From Octopus sinensis (Eukaryota), in NCBI RefSeq assembly GCF_006345805.1, contig NC_043018.1:2232001-2296000 (forward strand): a stretch of 64,000 nt of DNA, given 5' to 3'. A program made the position numbers and the translations under genes. This document shows, piece by piece, positions 1 through 12,907 of this stretch (the first letter of the stretch is position 1; every line of letters starts with the position of its first letter). The notes under the pieces were generated by a model. It was not told where the DNA came from and ran no database searches. It saw only the letters and a program-made list of their open reading frames with translations.

Positions 1-1011
1 AGATAAAGTTTCCTTATTTTATATAATATTTCTATTATATCTCCTGTTGTTGGCTATGTTTGGCTTCATGAGCAGGCGATCAGATGAGCAGATATAAGTC
101 TACATATGACACAGAGTGGAACGTTTTGTTGTTTGATCTAAGTTATATCATTTAACGCGTTTATCTTCTTTTAAAATTGACAGGGTGTAGTGTACGGCCC
201 TTCGGCACTTCTGCGTCCTCACTATATATAGAACTTAATGCACATATAAAATGGTTCTTTACACCACACACAGCTAGATCTGGAACTACCATTTATTTTT
301 AATACGTCTAAGCAGGAGCAGACACAAAATATGCTAATCACTACGTCGAGAAGAAAACATTTTCTCTTTTATAACGACAATGCGTACAACACACTGGACT
401 TGATGGCGCAGAGAACTCTGGGACATTGGTGTTTCGACAAAGTGCCAAGCAGTTTTTCTTTGTTTGTAATTACAGCGAAAACTAATGTTGGTTGGTCGGT
501 GCGGATATCTGTCAATCGATAAAGGAATAAATAAAATTCATTGTTTGCACCGTTTACAGCAAGATCTGAAACGAATTTTTGCATATTTATTTATAATACG
601 TCTAGGCAGGTAGATAATTTATATTCATACCTCTGATTTAATATTTGTTGCACGTAAGATTCATTTCACAACAAGGTAAGTAAAACCTAGCCGACCTACC
701 ACCACCGTGCCTCTAAAACATGGAATATATCCAAAATATCTCTCTAATGTCCTGCAATATTATGACAATTATTTTCACCTGTAGAATAGATTGAAATTCA
801 ATCAGATCTGAAAGTACGTTAACATTTTTCTGAGTATGAATATATGTAACCTTAGTTCAATATTGGTGTATATGTTAGGTTGAATTATTTTCGCTTCATT
901 GTAGAGGATCTTTTCCCGAGACTGTTTGCATATAGAACGCTAATGTTTCTTCCAAGGTCATTAGTTTTCAGCGAGATATAGTGATACATAGGAAAATTAT
1001 GTGTAAATCAC

Positions 1012-1220
1012 GTCATCATCATCATCATCATCGTCATCATCACCACCACCACAACCACCACCACCACCACCACCATCACCACCACCACAACCACCACAAC
1101 CACCACCGCCACCACACCACCACCACCACCACAACCACCACCATCATCATCATCATCATCATCACAATCATCATCATCATCATCATCGTCATCAACACCA
1201 CCACCACCACCACCACCACC

Positions 1221-1282
<62 letters not shown>

Positions 1283-1424
1283 CATCACCACCACCACCAA
1301 CACCACCAACACCACTACCACCACCACCACAACCACCACCATCATCATCATCATCATCATTATCATCATCATCATCACAATCATCATCATCATCGTCGTC
1401 GTCGTCATCATCATCATCCTCATC
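1012..1424. repeat. Compound (CAT)n/(CAC)n trinucleotide microsatellite
   Basis: Alternating CAT and CAC tracts; explains the poly-H/T/I/M/V ORFs at 981 and 1076. Confidence 0.95.
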
Positions 1425-1829
1425 AAGTTCCCTTTGTTGACGAAGCTAGTCGTTGGGGAGTCACTCTATACCTACGCTTTTCGTAGTCAGTCGTTGCCTC
1501 TGTTCCATGTCGTTGTAGCAGGATGACTGTGTTGTAACCTGCTCAGTCCTTGGTGTTGTCGAGCCAGGATTTTCTTTATCTGGCTCTCTTTCGTCTTCCC
1601 TCAACTGTGTCCTGAAGAACAAAGAGTTACGGCGGGTTACACGGCCGTTAGGCAAACTTTCGCACCTTTTGACTTGTTGCCGTTCGCTTCGTGCTCGGAG
1701 TACGGGATATGTAGCAGCAATCTGAATTCGTCGCCCATATACCGAAATTCTTGCTTTTTTATACCTTGTGTTCAAGGATATCTTCATTGATTCAAGATAC
1801 AAGCACAGTATATTTCTGATGAAGCTCAG

Positions 1830-2307
1830 CGAAAGAACTATGTTGAGCTAGAGACGAAGTATAGGGTGAAGAGAAAGGGAATCAATGTTGCGATTCAGGG
1901 ATTAAAACAGAGGTCGAAAGCTAAAGCACATAAAGTAAAGAGATATGGACAAAGAATTGAGCAATACAAATTAAACAGACTTTTCAAACTAAATCCGAAA
2001 CGAGTCTATCAGGAACTGGATGGGAAAGAAAGAGGTGAAAAAGACCGTGTCGGATGCTGAGGAAAGCAAAAGATTCTGGGCAAACATATGGTCTCAGAAG
2101 AAATAACACGAAACTGAAACAGAGTGGTTAAGGACATTCGAAGAGGAGAGTGGAGAGTGAAGAAAGCATTGTTGGGTATAACTAGCATCCTAAGGAGAGT
2201 ATTGTCTCTTTGAGCCACATGAGAAGACACTACTTGAAACTTTTAGTGATTTGTTATTGCCTGCTTTCAAGCACAACCGGTAATTAAGAACTCCCCGAGA
2301 GTCGTTC
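1830..2307 (+). mobile_element. Internally deleted R4/Dong-clade LINE remnant
   Basis: Translates to LKQRSKAKAHKVKRY..YKLNRLFKLNPKRVYQELDG..(fs)DAEESKRFWANIW (N-terminal region), joined directly to the C-terminal KKALLGITSILRRVLSL*, a short 3' UTR, then (TAC)n(TAA)n. Confidence 0.75.
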
Positions 2308-2311
2308 ATAA

Positions 2312-2402
<91 letters not shown>

Positions 2403-2420
2403 TATTATTATTATTATTAA

Positions 2421-2451
<31 letters not shown>

Positions 2452-2460
2452 ATTATCATT

Positions 2461-2491
<31 letters not shown>

Positions 2492-2602
2492 CATCATTAT
2501 TATTATTATTATGATTATTATTATTATTATCATTATTATTATTATTATTATTATTGTTATTATTATTATTATTATTATTATTGTTATTATTATTATTATT
2601 AT
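2308..2602. repeat. (TAC)n-(AAT)n-(ATT)n microsatellite with strand-polarity switch near 2401
   Basis: Direct reading. Confidence 0.95.
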
Positions 2603-3279
2603 ATGAAAACTCAAAGCTTACTGGGTATGATGAAATGTGTCAGCTGTTCACAGCCAGCACAACATACTAAGGTGACACTTGTTTACTGGCCATACTTCAA
2701 GAACCCTACGAAGAAGGTATTCTACCTTCACACATGCACCAATCTTTTCAGCTATGTTGGTAGTTGAGTGTTGATAATTCCAAGTACCCTAATTACTATT
2801 GGCATCGCGTCTCCTCTCCTCATTGACCACAGCTTTCGTATTTCCCAATTCAAATTCTCATAGTTGCCTATTATTTTTCTTCTTCTTTCACATGGATCCT
2901 GTTGTCCGCTGGCTATGCTATGGCGATTATCATAAATCTTCTTTCTTTAATCTTCACCGCAAACAATGTTCGGTTTCCGATATCCGCAGCAGCAGTGGTA
3001 GTAATAGTTGTAGTTGTGACAGCAGCAGCAGTAGTAACAGCAACAGCAGTAGTAGCAGCAGTAGTAGTAGTGGTGGTGGTGGTGGTGGTGGTGGTAGTAG
3101 TAGATGTAGTAAGTGCGGCTTATGTAATGTTTTTTTGAAGTGGGATGGGGTCTCATCTGTCAAAAAGAGTATACATGTCTACTACTACTAGCAGCGAACA
3201 GTGACCTTGACCTTAAGAAAAATTAAGGAAGGGCCGACTTACTCTTTTCTGTATTATTTGTGATTGACCGGAGAAAATC

Positions 3280-3331
<52 letters not shown>

Positions 3332-3400
3332 GTTGTGTTGTTGTTGTTGTTGTTGTTGTTGTTATTATTGTTATTATTATTGTTGTTGTTGTTGTTATTA

Positions 3401-3446
<46 letters not shown>

Positions 3447-3496
3447 CATTGTTGTTGTTGTTGTTATTGTTATTATTATTATTATTATTATCATTA

Positions 3497-3672
3497 TTTC
3501 TCTTTATCACAGGTTTACTTGGAGCTGCTGGAGTCTTACATGCGTAGCGATCTTTCTACCTGCAGCCTACAGTACCATGTTATCCATTTTTTTCACCGAC
3601 CTAATACTTTCCTAATTTTTCTGACCTTACCAAGGAGGCAAACCTTTTGCAACAGTTCTATGGAGCACTCCC
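3497..3672 (-). mobile_element. 3' end of R4/Dong LINE inside (ATT)n
   Basis: Minus strand reads ECSIELLQKVCLLGKVRKIRKVLGR* plus 3' UTR; (AAT)n on both sides; a related UTR fragment lies near 60600-60710. Confidence 0.7.
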
Positions 3673-3702
3673 TTATTATTATTATTATTGTTATTATTAT
3701 TA

Positions 3703-3745
<43 letters not shown>

Positions 3746-3767
3746 CATTATTATTATCATTATTATA

Positions 3768-3835
<68 letters not shown>

Positions 3836-3888
3836 GTTATTATTATTATTATTATTATCATTATTATAATAATTATTATTATTATTCA

Positions 3889-3945
<57 letters not shown>

Positions 3946-4552
3946 CATCACATTTTGTTAGACAGGTTTATGCAAATTTCTGCTGCATGTTCGAGACAAC
4001 TTCACGTCCCCGGGGTGTTTGCTGCATTGCTTATTAACAACAGAACATTGTTGTTAGATCTGGCTTAATGTTTGGGTTGTTATGTTATTTGCTGCATAAT
4101 GTTTAGGGTGTAGGTTGTGTCACATAGCGTTCTCATGATTATGTAGAATATATGTTGCATGAGAAGTGTTATTTACCAGAGTGATTATTATAGGGAGGAT
4201 GCCTTGCGTATAGTACCTGCACTATTTTCACTTTTCACCTTCAATTATGGAAGCTGATTATGTTGTACTGGACAGAAGGCACCAACGCTAACTCGTAATG
4301 CCGAACAGCGAACAATAATTATATGCGGTATTTAAATTCCTTGCATTTACTTCATAATAGTATCCAGCAAATTATATACGGGAAATTCCTAACCAATATT
4401 TTCAATGAACGATCTCCCATTATGTATGAGACGTACATTTGCTGATATAACGATAAAGATTAAGAAAATATTTGGAATCTCAATTAAACTCTAAACTGCT
4501 TAGTATACACGCATACTACCTCTCATTGTGAAGAGCCCCAAAAGAATATGTA

Positions 4553-4960
4553 GGCGATGGCGTGGCTGTGTGGCAAGAAGCTTGCTAATCACCCACATCG
4601 TTCTGGGTTCAGTCCAACTGCGTGGCAGCTTGGGCAAGTGCCTTCTAGGATAGCCTCGGGTTGACCAAAGCCTTGTGAGTGGATTTGGTAGACGGAGACT
4701 GAAAGAAGCCCGTCGTATATATGTATATATATATATATTATATATATATATATGTGTGTGTGTGTTTGTGTTTGTCACCCCACCATCGCTTGACAACTGA
4801 TGTTGGTGTGTTTACGTCCCCGTAACTTAGCGCTTCGGCCTAAAAGATCGATAGAATAGATACTAAACTTACAAAGAATAAGTCCTGAGATCAATTTGTT
4901 CGACTAAAGGCGGCGCTCCAGCATGGCCGTAGTCAAATGCCAGAAACAAATAAAAGAATA
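4553..4960 (+). mobile_element. tRNA-derived SINE family A with internal (TA/TG)n
   Basis: A-box TGGCTGTGTGG, B-box-like GGTTCAGTCC, body CCAAAGCCTTGTGAGTGGATTTGGTAGACGG; many copies in the window. Confidence 0.9.
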
Positions 4961-5036
4961 TCTATCTATCTAACTATTTCTGTATCAATATTTTTCTCTC
5001 TCTCTTTCCCTATATTCATACATTCATACACACTCC

Positions 5037-5104
<68 letters not shown>

Positions 5105-5345
5105 TATATATATACGCTGAGTTTCCAGGCAGCAACTTCTACTCATTGGACATCTGACTGCCCGTGTGTATAATAGGTGGCAATGGTCAAGTTGCCGCGT
5201 AGTGAGACAGGAACCAAACCCACATAGTTCCAAATTGATATTCTTAACCACACACATATGCTTGCACCCGGAGTAATATCAACGGTAACTTTTGGTCAAT
5301 TCCTTGATTATTTTCTTTGAATTCCTTAATTTGTTTGATATCCGT

Positions 5346-5572
5346 ACTCTTTACTCTTTTACTCTTTTACTTGTTTCAGTCATTTGACTGCGGCCATGCT
5401 GGAGCACCGCCTTTAATCGAGCAACTCGACCCCGAGACTTATAGTTTTGTAAGCCCAGTACTTATTCTATCGGTCTGTTTTGCCGAACCGCTAAGTAACG
5501 GGGACATAAACACACCAGCATCGGTTGTCAAGCAATGCTAGGGGGACAAACACAGACACACAAACATACACA

Positions 5573-5633
<61 letters not shown>

Positions 5634-5779
5634 CATACATATATACGACGGGCTTCTTTTAGTTTCCGTCTACCAAATCCACTCACAAGGCTTTGGTCGG
5701 CCCGAGGCGATAGTAGTGGGACTGAACCCGGAACCATGTGGTTGGTAAACAAGCTACTTACCACACAGCCACTCCTGCG
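5346..5779 (-). mobile_element. SINE family A (small internal deletion)
   Basis: Near-identical to the copies at 40454 and 55007. Confidence 0.9.
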
Positions 5780-6283
5780 TACACAGACATCGTTTCGATA
5801 ATTATGACCAGTTTTATGTTAGGTATATCTATATTCTACTTCTTAACTGGTTTTATATCATAGAATTGGCACATAGCCTGTTGGTGAAAACAATCGGCTG
5901 GATTAAGTCGCAAAGAGCGTAAAATCATAAAATGTGAAGTTAATCGTCCCATTGAACTGATTCTATAACCGTCACTATAAGTTCGCATAGTTTCTTCAAA
6001 ATGTTGTTCTTGTAATAACTTGTTGCTATTCATTGCAACTCTGAAGATAAAATCAGGCCTGTAACTGTTCTTAGCCCAGATCTTTTGACCTATCGTTGGC
6101 TGTTAATCCGGTGTACTTACGTGCGTACGTGTGCACACACACACTTGCACAAACCCACACAAATACACACAAATACACACATACACACACACTCACGCAC
6201 ACACAGATATAGATATAAATATAATTGTTCGTATTGTGAATTACCCTCTCTTTCATTCCTTTATTAAAATACGGATGTTTGAA

Positions 6284-6500
6284 GGCGGCGAGCTTGCAGA
6301 AACGTGAGCGCGCCGGGCGCTATGCTTAGCGGTGATTCGTCTGTCTTTATGTTCCGAGTTCAAATTCCGCCGAGGTCGACTTTGCCTTTCATCCTTTCGA
6401 GCTCGATAAATTAAGTAAGAGTTGCGTACTGGGGTTTGTCTAGTCGACTGGCTCCTCCCTTAAAATTCCGGGCCTTGTGCCTAGTGTAGAAAAGAATATG
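6284..6500 (+). mobile_element. SINE family B with 12-bp TSD
   Basis: Head GGCGGCGAGC..GAGTTCAAATTCC, body GTCGACTTTGCCTTTCATCCTTTCG; TSD CGGATGTTTGAA at 6272-6283 and 6501-6512. Confidence 0.88.
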
Positions 6501-6597
6501 CGGATGTTTGAAGACAGCGAGCCGGCCGAAACGTTAGCACACCGGACGTACGGCTTAGCAGTATTTCGTCTCTCTTTACGTTCTGTATTCAAATACC

Positions 6598-6828
6598 TAT
6601 TTCTTTACTACCCACAAGGGGCTAAACACAGAGAGAACAAACAAGGACAGACAAAGGGATTAAATCGATTATATCGACCCCAGTGCGTAACTGGTACTTA
6701 TTTAATCGACCCCGAAAGGATGAAAGGCAAAGTCGACCTCGGCGGAATTTGAACTCAGAATGTAACGGCAGACGAAATACGGCTACGCATTTCGCCCGGC
6801 GTGCTAACGTCTCTGCCAGCTCGCCGCC
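6598..6828 (-). mobile_element. SINE family B inserted into an older family B copy (6513-6866)
   Basis: 17-bp TSD TTCTGTATTCAAATACC at 6581-6597 and 6829-6845. Confidence 0.92.
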
Positions 6829-7449
6829 TTCTGTATTCAAATACCGCCGAGGTCGACTTTGCCTTTAATCACAAACTCCTAAGAAATGTGAGATAATTAT
6901 TAATAGGTCTCAACTGGGATCCACTTAGCCCTTAGGGATCCGTGTAACATTTTGTTATTAAAAATGATGTGCAATAAATTCGTAACATTTCTATAATTCA
7001 CGGAACATTTTAGCAATTTTGTAAATACAATTCCTAAAAATATCAAAAGATTATGGGATCATTCAGAAACTTCAAACAGCTACTGGGTACTAGTAGCATA
7101 ATATAATAACCAAACGGGTCCACAGACAAAAAATAGTTGAGAACCAGTGAAATAGATTCAAATATGACGAGATTTTCACGGCTCGATTGAATGTAGTAAT
7201 AGATCTATTCGGTAAGAACTGATCAATGTATAAACAACAAAACCCAACAATAAAACAAACCAAAAACAAACAACAAAACAATGACAACGAAGTCAAGTCT
7301 AAATGGAAGAAACAATACCAATAACAACATCATCTTAAAGCCACTTAGAATTCCGTAGTTTTAAATCGCTAAAGTATTTGCATTGTCTATCGATTGTGTG
7401 TCACAGTTTTATACGTTCTAGAAAATCTTTTCTTTCCTAATCACCGTCT

Positions 7450-7730
7450 TATCTCTCTCTCCCCCTCCCTCCTCTCTCTCACTCCTCTCTCTCACTCCTC
7501 TCCCCCCCTCTCTCTCTCTCTCTGTTTCCCTATCTCGCTTGCTTCTCGAACTAAATTGTTTCTCTCTCCTTCTGTTTGTTGCTTTTTCTCCCACTCTAAC
7601 TCTCTCCCTCTCTCTCGTTCTCTCTGCTTTTCTCTCTATTTCTCTCTTCCACGCACTCTGCTTGTCTTGCTTTTCACTCCCTCTCTTCATTTATCATCCT
7701 CACTCGCTCTCATTCTCCCTCTTTCTCCCC

Positions 7731-7762
<32 letters not shown>

Positions 7763-8195
7763 CAGCTCTCTCACCCGCCGTTTCTGTCTCGTTCTGTTCG
7801 TCTCTCTCTCTATTTTCCCCTTTCTCTCTCTCCTTTCTCTCTTCCTTCCCCTTTCTTCTTTCTCCTCTTTTTCTCTTTCTCTCTTCCCCCTTTCTTCTCT
7901 TTCTTCCCTCCTCCCCTTTCTCCTCTCTCCTCCCTCTTCTCTCTCTCTCTCCAGCTCTCTCTCCCTCCGTTTCTGTCTCGTTCTCTTCGTCTGTCTCTCT
8001 ATTTTCCGCTCTGTATTTTACTTCCCCTGTCTGTTCCTCTCTTTCTCTTTCTCTCGCTCTGTGTCTCTAGTTTTATACTGTTTCTTTCATTCTGTCTGCC
8101 TCACTGTCTCTGTTTCTCTCTCTCTCTCTCTCTCCCTTCTCTCTCTCTCTCCCTCTCTGTATTTGCCTGTCTCTTTATCCTCCTCTCTCTCTTTC
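7450..8195. repeat. ~750 bp polypyrimidine (CT-rich) tract
   Basis: Almost purine-free plus strand; internal ~70 bp duplication at about 7750-7820 and 7941-8010. Confidence 0.9.
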
Positions 8196-8364
8196 GCATT
8201 TCGTATCATCAACAGTCAGACCAGACTGGGTCAAACACTTACAAGTTCATCTCTCCCAGATAATCCTTCCTCGCTAATCTCGCTTCTCTCTCTCAAACAC
8301 TCACACATCTATTCTTATTACATTGCTATTAGATTCTCATTCCTCTTCTACTGCACTTATTATC

Positions 8365-8729
8365 GTCGTCGTTGTTGTTGTTGTTGTTGTTGTTGTGTTG
8401 TTGTTGTTGTTGCTAAAATTGTTCTTTATCTTCTCACATCCTCCTTTCCTTCCTCCACACTTCCACTTCTTCTTCTTCTTCTTCTTCTTCTTCTCATTCT
8501 TCTTCTTCTGCTGCTGCTGCCTCCTCTTCTTCTTCATCTTCTTCTTCATCTTCTCCTTCATCTTCATCTTCTTCTTCATCTTCTCCTTCATCTTCATCTT
8601 CTTCTTCTGCTGCTGCTGCTTCCTCCTCCTCCACCTCCTCTTCTTTTTCCTGTTTCTTCTTAAACCACCACCACCGCCGCCGCCATCTCCCCGCCGCCAT
8701 CTCCACCGCCGCCATCTCCACCGCCGCTG

Positions 8730-8760
<31 letters not shown>

Positions 8761-8770
8761 ACTACTACTA

Positions 8771-8812
<42 letters not shown>
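8365..8812. repeat. Compound trinucleotide repeats (GTT, CTT/CAT, CCG, TAC, GCT)
   Basis: Direct reading; explains the acidic and poly-F ORFs. Confidence 0.9.
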
Positions 8813-8813
<1 letters not shown>

Positions 8814-8914
8814 AAGTAAAGCATTCAGTTTCCGTTCGCCTGTATCGTATATTCTTCTTATTGCTCCTGTACTACGCATAATCTTCTCCTTATTTGCCAA
8901 GAAGAAGAGATAAG

Positions 8915-9243
8915 GTGGCTTATCCAGAGGCATGACACTATTGAGACTTCTATACGCTGGAAGCTGTGCCTGAACTATGGAGTGACAAGAGAACAAAGAT
9001 GGTAGGCATGATGGTATATACCAGAAAAGATCTCATAAATTGACAAAGCAACCATATTCTGGGATGTGACAATACACACAGAAAGAGAGATGAGGGATAA
9101 TTGTTCACATATCGTTCTCACGGACCATCAAGAGGAGATGTCTTCTAATCGAGGTATTAGTCCCAGAAGATGGCATTGTATCTCTATAAGAAACGGAGAA
9201 ACCATAAAAATAGAAAGATCTGGAAAATGTGGAGCCTGAAAAA
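8915..9243 (+). mobile_element. Degenerate R4/Dong restriction-like endonuclease region
   Basis: IQRHDTIETSIRWKLCLNYG..IFWDVTIHTEREMRDNCSHIV..(fs)RRCLLIEVLVPED..ETEK, matching the RHD/WD/PD-(D/E)xK layout; contains stops and frameshifts. Confidence 0.7.
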
Positions 9244-9355
9244 ATAAGTAAACCCTTTATCAATAGGTGTATTGGTGGTGAATAAATAGCATACAGGTAA
9301 ACAGAAAACCGAAAAACTAGGATTACGAATATATATATATATATATATATATATA

Positions 9356-9583
9356 TTTCTTTATTGCCCACAAGGGGCTAAACATAGAGGGGACAAACAA
9401 GAACAGACAAAGGGATTAAGTCGATTACATCGACCCCAGTGCGTAACTAGTACTTTATTTGTCGACCTTGAAAAGATGAAAGGCAAAGTCCACCTCGGCG
9501 GAATTTGAACTCAGAACGTAACGGCAGACGTAATAGGAATAAGCATTTCGCCCGGCGCGCTAACGTTTCTGCCAACTCGCTGC
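9356..9583 (-). mobile_element. SINE family B
   Basis: Matches 6598-6828. Confidence 0.88.
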
Positions 9584-9611
9584 ATTTTGATATATATATA
9601 GAATAGTAGAG

Positions 9612-9947
9612 GCGTCAGACTCTCTACCAAATGAAGTTTCGTGAATGCAATCGTCTTCCCAATAGCAACATATGGATGCGAGACCTGGACAATAAAGAAA
9701 GCTGACCAGAAGTGAATTAATGCATTCGAGCTTTGGTGTTGGAGAAGACTTCTACGGATTCCATGGACAGCGGGTTCAGCAATGGAGAATTTCTGAACCA
9801 GATCAAGCCAAAACTGTCGCTAGAAGCTAGGATCACCAAGCATAGATTGACATATTTTGGTCATATTATGCGGGGAAAATAACTGGAGAAGGACATCATG
9901 CTCGGAATGGTCAGTGGCAAGAGAGGAAGAGGCTGACCAAGAACCCG
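9612..9947 (+). mobile_element. RTE-clade (BovB-like) LINE fragment
   Basis: VNAIVFPIATYGCETWTIKKAD..INAFELWCWRRLLRIPWTA..RLTYFGHIMR..LEKDIMLGMVSGKRGRG*PR. Confidence 0.9.
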
Positions 9948-9969
9948 TACATATGTATGCATATGTATC

Positions 9970-10443
9970 TTTTACATTTTACTTATTTCCGTGATGTGAT
10001 GTGACTGCCGCCATAGTGGAGTACCTCCTTAAAGGCATTTAGTCGAACAAATAGACCCCAGGTCTGACGTTCTTTCAAGCCTACTACCTATTCCTATCGG
10101 TCACTTTAGACAAACCGTTAGGTTATGATAACGTAAGCTCACCAACACCGGCTGTCAATCGTTGGTGGGGGGCAAATAAAAACACAATGACGCACACCTA
10201 GATATATACATGTGTACATATATATGATCACCTCTGTTTGGCGTTCGCCATAATTGATCGTTAGCCACCAAACCTTTTCTTATTGCTTCTCTCTGTTCAT
10301 TTCTGTGTTCCTTTCTGTTGAAGAGCGTAGGCTCGAAACATAAAAGACTTTCTCACTTCCCGAGCGTTAAACTAATACATACATTTGTCGTTTACACTCC
10401 CGTCTTCGTCTTTTGTTTTGTCTGATGTTCTGTAAATTCCAAC

Positions 10444-10499
<56 letters not shown>

Positions 10500-10690
10500 C
10501 TATATAGATATATATAATATATATATAAATTAACTATATATATTATATATATATATATACAACCGTTTTCTTTCCCCGTCCATCTACCAAATCCACTCAC
10601 AAGGGGTTGGTCAGCCCGAGAATGCAATAGAGGGTTACTAGCGAAAGTAGGACTGAACTCGGAACCATGTGCTCTAAAGCAAGATCCTAG
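9970..10690 (-). mobile_element. Old SINE family A copy split by a PLE-type insertion
   Basis: Tail at about 9970-10190 and head at about 10560-10690, with a hammerhead element and (TA)n between them. Confidence 0.7.
10256..10445 (+). mobile_element. PLE pLTR-like short element P1 with hammerhead motif (10311-10346)
   Basis: CTTT-CTGTTGA-A-GAGC-gtag-GCTC-GAAAC-ATA-AAAG; ends in (TA)n; homologous to 14788, 59681, 51953 and 31538. Confidence 0.7.
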
Positions 10691-10714
10691 GTACCGCTAC
10701 ACACACAAACACCC

Positions 10715-10772
<58 letters not shown>

Positions 10773-10821
10773 CTTAATATATATTTACATAAAGTAAAGA
10801 ATGGCACCACGAAGCACCGAT

Positions 10822-11190
10822 ATTTACTGGAAAATAGCGAACGTGATAAATACGACGCTAATGTATAGCTTCACTGCGTATGTACTAGTAAAGATGTGTG
10901 TGTGCAGCAAACATGAAAAACATTGTCTTACCTCTAGGAAGAACATCTGAAAAATGAAAAACCTAGATAACGGATAATGCAGTACCGGTTTCTGATTTTT
11001 CAAAATACGAATGCCAATCGTATAATTGATTTATCCTCATCAGCTGCATAAATCTCAACAATATTTTAAATGTTGCCACATCTATACCAGTACACTCGTC
11101 TGAACGCCAAAACGTTAACAGAGCGAGAACAGTGAAGAAGTTTCAATGAAAATAGTAATGCAATACGAGAGTATTGCTTTCCAGTAAAAT
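10822..11190. mobile_element. Possible degenerate MITE with long imperfect TIRs
   Basis: TTTACTGGAAA at the left end and TTTCCAGTAAA at the right; inner blocks TGTACTAGTAAAGATGTG vs (reverse complement) TGTACTGGTATAGATGTG. Confidence 0.45.
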
Positions 11191-11203
11191 ATATATATAT
11201 ATA

Positions 11204-11552
11204 CAGTGTGTATTTAAACACATAAGAGATGAGCATCATAGGACGCCTAGCACGCTCGAAAGGAGCAACCAAAATCCAAACCACAATTACGGATAAATTT
11301 TTCAAAGGAATGAAAAGTAAAAAAAAACATTTACCATCTATCTTCTGGACCATGGTTTCGAACTCCAATTAGCAAATGAAGTAATTTAAATTTAAATTAC
11401 TAATTAGAGTTCGAAATTAGAGTCCACGATAAAGATGGTAGATGTTTTTATTTCTCATTCCCTTTAAAACTATAAACCGTAATAGTGGTTTGTATTTTGG
11501 CTACTCCTTCTAGAGTGTTATGTATCCTGTGATGGTCACCTCTTATACACTG
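11204..11552. mobile_element. Fold-back Tc1/mariner-type MITE
   Basis: TA|CAGTG...CACTG|TA; both halves align as an inverted repeat around the centre GTAATTTAAATTTAAATTAC (about 11390). Confidence 0.85.
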
Positions 11553-12465
11553 TATTTATATGAATAATATATAGTCTATTGTCTGGTTTTTTACATGCTA
11601 ATCCACTGGTAGTAAACATTTAAAAAATTCTTCCTACCCTGATATATATATATGTGTATGTGTGTGCATCTGTGTGTATGTAAGGCTGTACATAAGTACA
11701 TATGTATGTATGCATGTATGAATATATACATAAATATATGTGTGTGTGTATACACGGCGGTCTACGACAGAGATACCGACTACCAAATTTGCACAGAAGG
11801 CAAAGGACTAACGTATTTTTCGGAAAAAAGCTTATCAGAGCAGAAATCCTTAAACTTACAAAGTTTCCTCTTACACAGAGTTATTAACAACGGCTGCTAT
11901 ATCTTGCATTGACATCTCTCCGACTGTAAGTCATTTTATTCGATTGATATTCTATAGCGTCCAGTGTGAAATAACCTCTTACATTTTCGTTGATAAAATT
12001 CACGTCTTTCAATCTTCTGAAATAATTTGTACGTTTATTATTCATCGAGCCATACATTTTAGAAGCCCAATATTCCTGGGAGTGTCGATGAAATAGAGTC
12101 GTCAAACACATCCGTAGGCTTCTATCAGTAGTAAATATTGATATAAATTATTCTTCTATGCAAATGATATTTGGCTGAGAATATTGTCAATCGCATTCAT
12201 ACTTAAATATACCTACCTACCTACCTACCTACCTACCCTACACACATACATACATACATACATACATACATCCATACATACATTCATACATACATACATA
12301 CATACATACATACATTCATTCATACATACATACATACATTCTACATACATACATACATACATACATGCACATATATTTATATATATATATATATAGATAT
12401 TATATAGATATATATATATGTAAGTATGTATATATATATATATAGTATGTAATATGTATATATGT

Positions 12466-12787
12466 GGAGGCGCAATGGCCCAGTGGTTAGGGCAGCGGAC
12501 TCGCGGTCATAGGATCGCGGTTTTCGATTCCCAGACCGGGCGTTGTGAGTGTTTATTGAGCAAAAACCCTAAAGCTCCACGAGCTCCGGCAGGCGGTGGT
12601 GGTGTGATCCTGCTGGACTCTTTCACCACAACTTTCTCTCACTCTTACTTCCTGTTTCTGTTGTACCTGTACTTTCAAAGGGACGGCGTTGTCACTCTCT
12701 GTGTCACGCTGAATATCCCCGAGAACTACGTTAAGGGTACATGTGTCTGTGGAGTGCTCAGCCACTTACACGTTAATTTCACGAGCA
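12466..12787 (+). mobile_element. tRNA-derived SINE family C1 (3' truncated)
   Basis: A-box TGGCCCAGTGG, B-box-like TTCGATTCCC; 3' half shared with family C2. Confidence 0.85.
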
Positions 12788-12856
12788 TATGTATATATAT
12801 ACATTCCAATGTATATATATACATATATACATATATATTATATGAATATATGCAAG

Positions 12857-12907
<51 letters not shown>

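Noticed and set aside
1816-1842. CTGATGA-AGCTCAGC-GAAAG hammerhead-like core
   Set aside because: No stem I pairing between the flanks; probably chance at the LINE boundary
8494-8721. Acidic E/D-rich 75-aa ORF
   Set aside because: Derived from CTT/CAT repeat expansion; no splice or domain support
12466-12545. Functional tRNA gene
   Set aside because: It continues into a SINE body and lacks a proper cloverleaf and terminator
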